NCBI GenBank assembly: GCA_041498975.1
Contig: JBGQJI010000045.1
Span: 1-16,853 of the forward strand
Direction: 5' to 3'
DNA length: 16,853 nucleotides
From: Candidatus Methylomirabilis sp.
GTDB lineage: Bacteria; Methylomirabilota; Methylomirabilia; Methylomirabilales; Methylomirabilaceae
Under the pieces are notes generated by a model. The model was given only the letters and a program-made list of their open reading frames with translations, was not told where the DNA came from and did not search any database. A program made the translations under genes and the position numbers. This document shows positions 14,941 through 16,853 of the stretch, one piece after another (the stretch's first letter is position 1; each line of letters starts with the position of its first letter).

Positions 14941-16853
14941 ATGACCCAACAGATCAATCGCAGGAATTTCTTGAAGATCCTCGGAGTCGGCGGGGCTGCC
15001 ACAGCCCTTGTGAGCTGCTCAGTCGAGCCTCCAGAGAAACTGATCCCCTACTTGATCCCGCCAGAGGAGATCATCCCCGGCGTTGCCACCTGGTACGCCA
15101 CCGTCTGCCGGGAGTGCCCGGCAGGATGCGGGATGCTCGTCCGGACTCGGGAAGGGCGGGCCGTCAAGGTTGAGGGGAACCCGTCGCACCCCGTCAATCA
15201 AGGCCGGCTCTGCGCCCGCGGCCAGGCCTCCCTTCAGGGGCTCTACAATCCCGATCGGATTCGGCAGCCGCTGCTCCGAGGCGACTCCGGCCAATTCCAA
15301 TCCATATCCTGGGAAGAGGCCGAAAGGCTCCTGGTGGAACGGCTCGCTGATCTCCGCAGGCAGGGAAAGGCCAAAGGGATCGCCTGTGTGACCCCCCTCC
15401 TGAGTGGCAGCCTCGACCACCTGATCAGCACTTGGCTGGCCGCCCTGGGGTCAAAACGCCGACTTACCTACGAGGCTTTCGCCTACGAGCCTTTGAAGGC
15501 GGCCAACCGAATCGCCTTCGGCCTCGATGTCATCCCTAGCTACGATATCGGGGCGGCCGAGCTGCTCCTCTCCTTCGGGGCCGACTTCCTCGAGACCTGG
15601 ATTTCCACGGTGGCGTATACCAGCGCGTTCGCCACTATGCGCGCCTATCGGGACGGGAGGGTAGGAACGGCTATCTATGTCGGGCCCCGCCTGTCTTTGA
15701 CGGCCGCGAACACCGATCAGTGGGTTCGTATCAAGCCGGGGACCGAACTCTATCTCGTGATGGGGATGATCCACGTGATCCTGAAAGAGCAGCTCGCCCC
15801 GTCTATTCCCCAAAAGGAGGTAAAGCAGCTCAAGGCGTTGGTGAAGGCGTACGACCCGAAGGTGGTGGCTGCCGTGACCGAGGTCCCGGCGGGGAAAGTC
15901 TTTCGGCTGGCCCGGATGTTCGCCAGGGCGAGGCCGGGTCTCGCCATCGGAGGAGGTGTCGCCGCGGCTTCCCGCAACGCCACAGCCACCCTCGTCGCCA
16001 TCAACCTCTTAAATTATGTGACCGGTAACGTGGGAAGGACCGTCCGCTTCGGCCCCAACGCCAACCCGGCTAAGCTCGCCACATACCGCGACATGCTCAG
16101 CCTCGTCAAGGCCATGGACAAAGGCGAGGTGCAGGCGCTCCTCCTATACGGTGTCAATCCCCTCTTCACCCTCCCTGAGGCGGCGGGATTTCGTGCGGCA
16201 CTAAAGAAGACCCCCTTCGTGGTGAGCTTCGCACCCTTCATGGACGAGACGACGGCCGAAGCCAATCTGATCTTGCCGGACCATACGCCTCTGGAGAGTT
16301 GGGGGGACTACTCCCCCTGGGAAGGCGTCCATGGCCTCATGCAGCCGGTGATGCGGCCTGTGTTCAAAACCAAGGCGGTCGGCGATCTCCTCCTCTCCGT
16401 GGCCAAACGAGTGGACGACCGGATGGCCAAGGAGTTCCCGTGGCCGACGTTTTACGAGTATGCGCGGGATCGGTGGGGCGAACTGCACCGCCGGTTAGCC
16501 CCAATGAAAGAGTTCGAGGCCTTCTGGGAAGAGGCGCTCCGATCTGGAGGCATCTGGAAGGAAGCCCGCGCCACACCTGTGCGTCTCTCTCCAGAGGCAT
16601 TTAAGATGGCATTTGACCCCTCGGAGCTAGACGGTGGAGCGGCCGAGGCCTTCCATCTCCTCCCATTCCCCTCCCTGGTCCATTACGACGGACGGGGGGC
16701 GAATCGACCGTGGCTTCAGGAACTACCTGACCCCGTCACAGAGATCGTCTGGGACTCCTGGTTGGAGATCCATCCCGAGGCGGCCAAGCGGATGGGGATC
16801 GATGAGGGCGAAGTCATCGCGGTGACATCGCCTCACGGGGCCCTTGAGCTGCC
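14941..16853 (+). CDS. actB: Alternative complex III subunit ActB (molybdopterin-oxidoreductase-like fold), Tat-exported; 3' truncated by window end
   Basis: Absent from the ORF track, consistent with no stop before the window end. Reads MTQQINRRNFLK (Tat)...ALVSC...EKLIPY..PEEIIPGVATWYATVCRECPAGC...EGRAVKVEGNPSHP...LCARGQASLQGLYNPDR...YDGRGANRPWLQELPDPVTEIVWD, typical of ActB; follows actA. Confidence 0.88.
   Translation, partial: MTQQINRRNFLKILGVGGAATALVSCSVEPPEKLIPYLIPPEEIIPGVATWYATVCRECPAGCGMLVRTREGRAVKVEGNPSHPVNQGRLCARGQASLQGLYNPDRIRQPLLRGDSGQFQSISWEEAERLLVERLADLRRQGKAKGIACVTPLLSGSLDHLISTWLAALGSKRRLTYEAFAYEPLKAANRIAFGLDVIPSYDIGAAELLLSFGADFLETWISTVAYTSAFATMRAYRDGRVGTAIYVGPRLSLTAANTDQWVRIKPGTELYLVMGMIHVILKEQLAPSIPQKEVKQLKALVKAYDPKVVAAVTEVPAGKVFRLARMFARARPGLAIGGGVAAASRNATATLVAINLLNYVTGNVGRTVRFGPNANPAKLATYRDMLSLVKAMDKGEVQALLLYGVNPLFTLPEAAGFRAALKKTPFVVSFAPFMDETTAEANLILPDHTPLESWGDYSPWEGVHGLMQPVMRPVFKTKAVGDLLLSVAKRVDDRMAKEFPWPTFYEYARDRWGELHRRLAPMKEFEAFWEEALRSGGIWKEARATPVRLSPEAFKMAFDPSELDGGAAEAFHLLPFPSLVHYDGRGANRPWLQELPDPVTEIVWDSWLEIHPEAAKRMGIDEGEVIAVTSPHGALEL

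Noticed and set aside
1..16853. CRISPR array, rRNA/tRNA, transposase, integrase or defence genes
   Set aside because: No regularly spaced repeats or such motifs seen.

Overview
GC-rich window from a diderm (outer-membrane-bearing) bacterium; almost all real genes are on the + strand. Left part: 3' end of a bifunctional FBP aldolase/phosphatase, hpt, then a sigma54-driven unit (fused ADP-forming acyl-CoA synthetase, stand-alone receiver, internally deleted GltD-like gene, radical SAM protein, VKOR). Middle: a decayed CuA cupredoxin gene (- strand), a second, ungapped-colinear copy of the same ~216-bp sigma54 promoter module driving a Crp/Fnr regulator, a probable MITE, and a DosS/DosR-like two-component pair whose kinase has a periplasmic domain, HAMP and a Cys-cluster GAF. 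Right part, the most notable: four phased DosR-type boxes upstream of an Asp-less receiver, a Cyc2-like monoheme cytochrome-porin, a lipoprotein, a periplasmic monoheme cytochrome c and the start of an alternative complex III (actA, actB running off the window). This is a candidate redox-regulated, outer-membrane-to-quinone electron conduit, possibly for Fe(II) oxidation; the function is inferred, not shown. All calls come from motif reading by eye; no searches were run.
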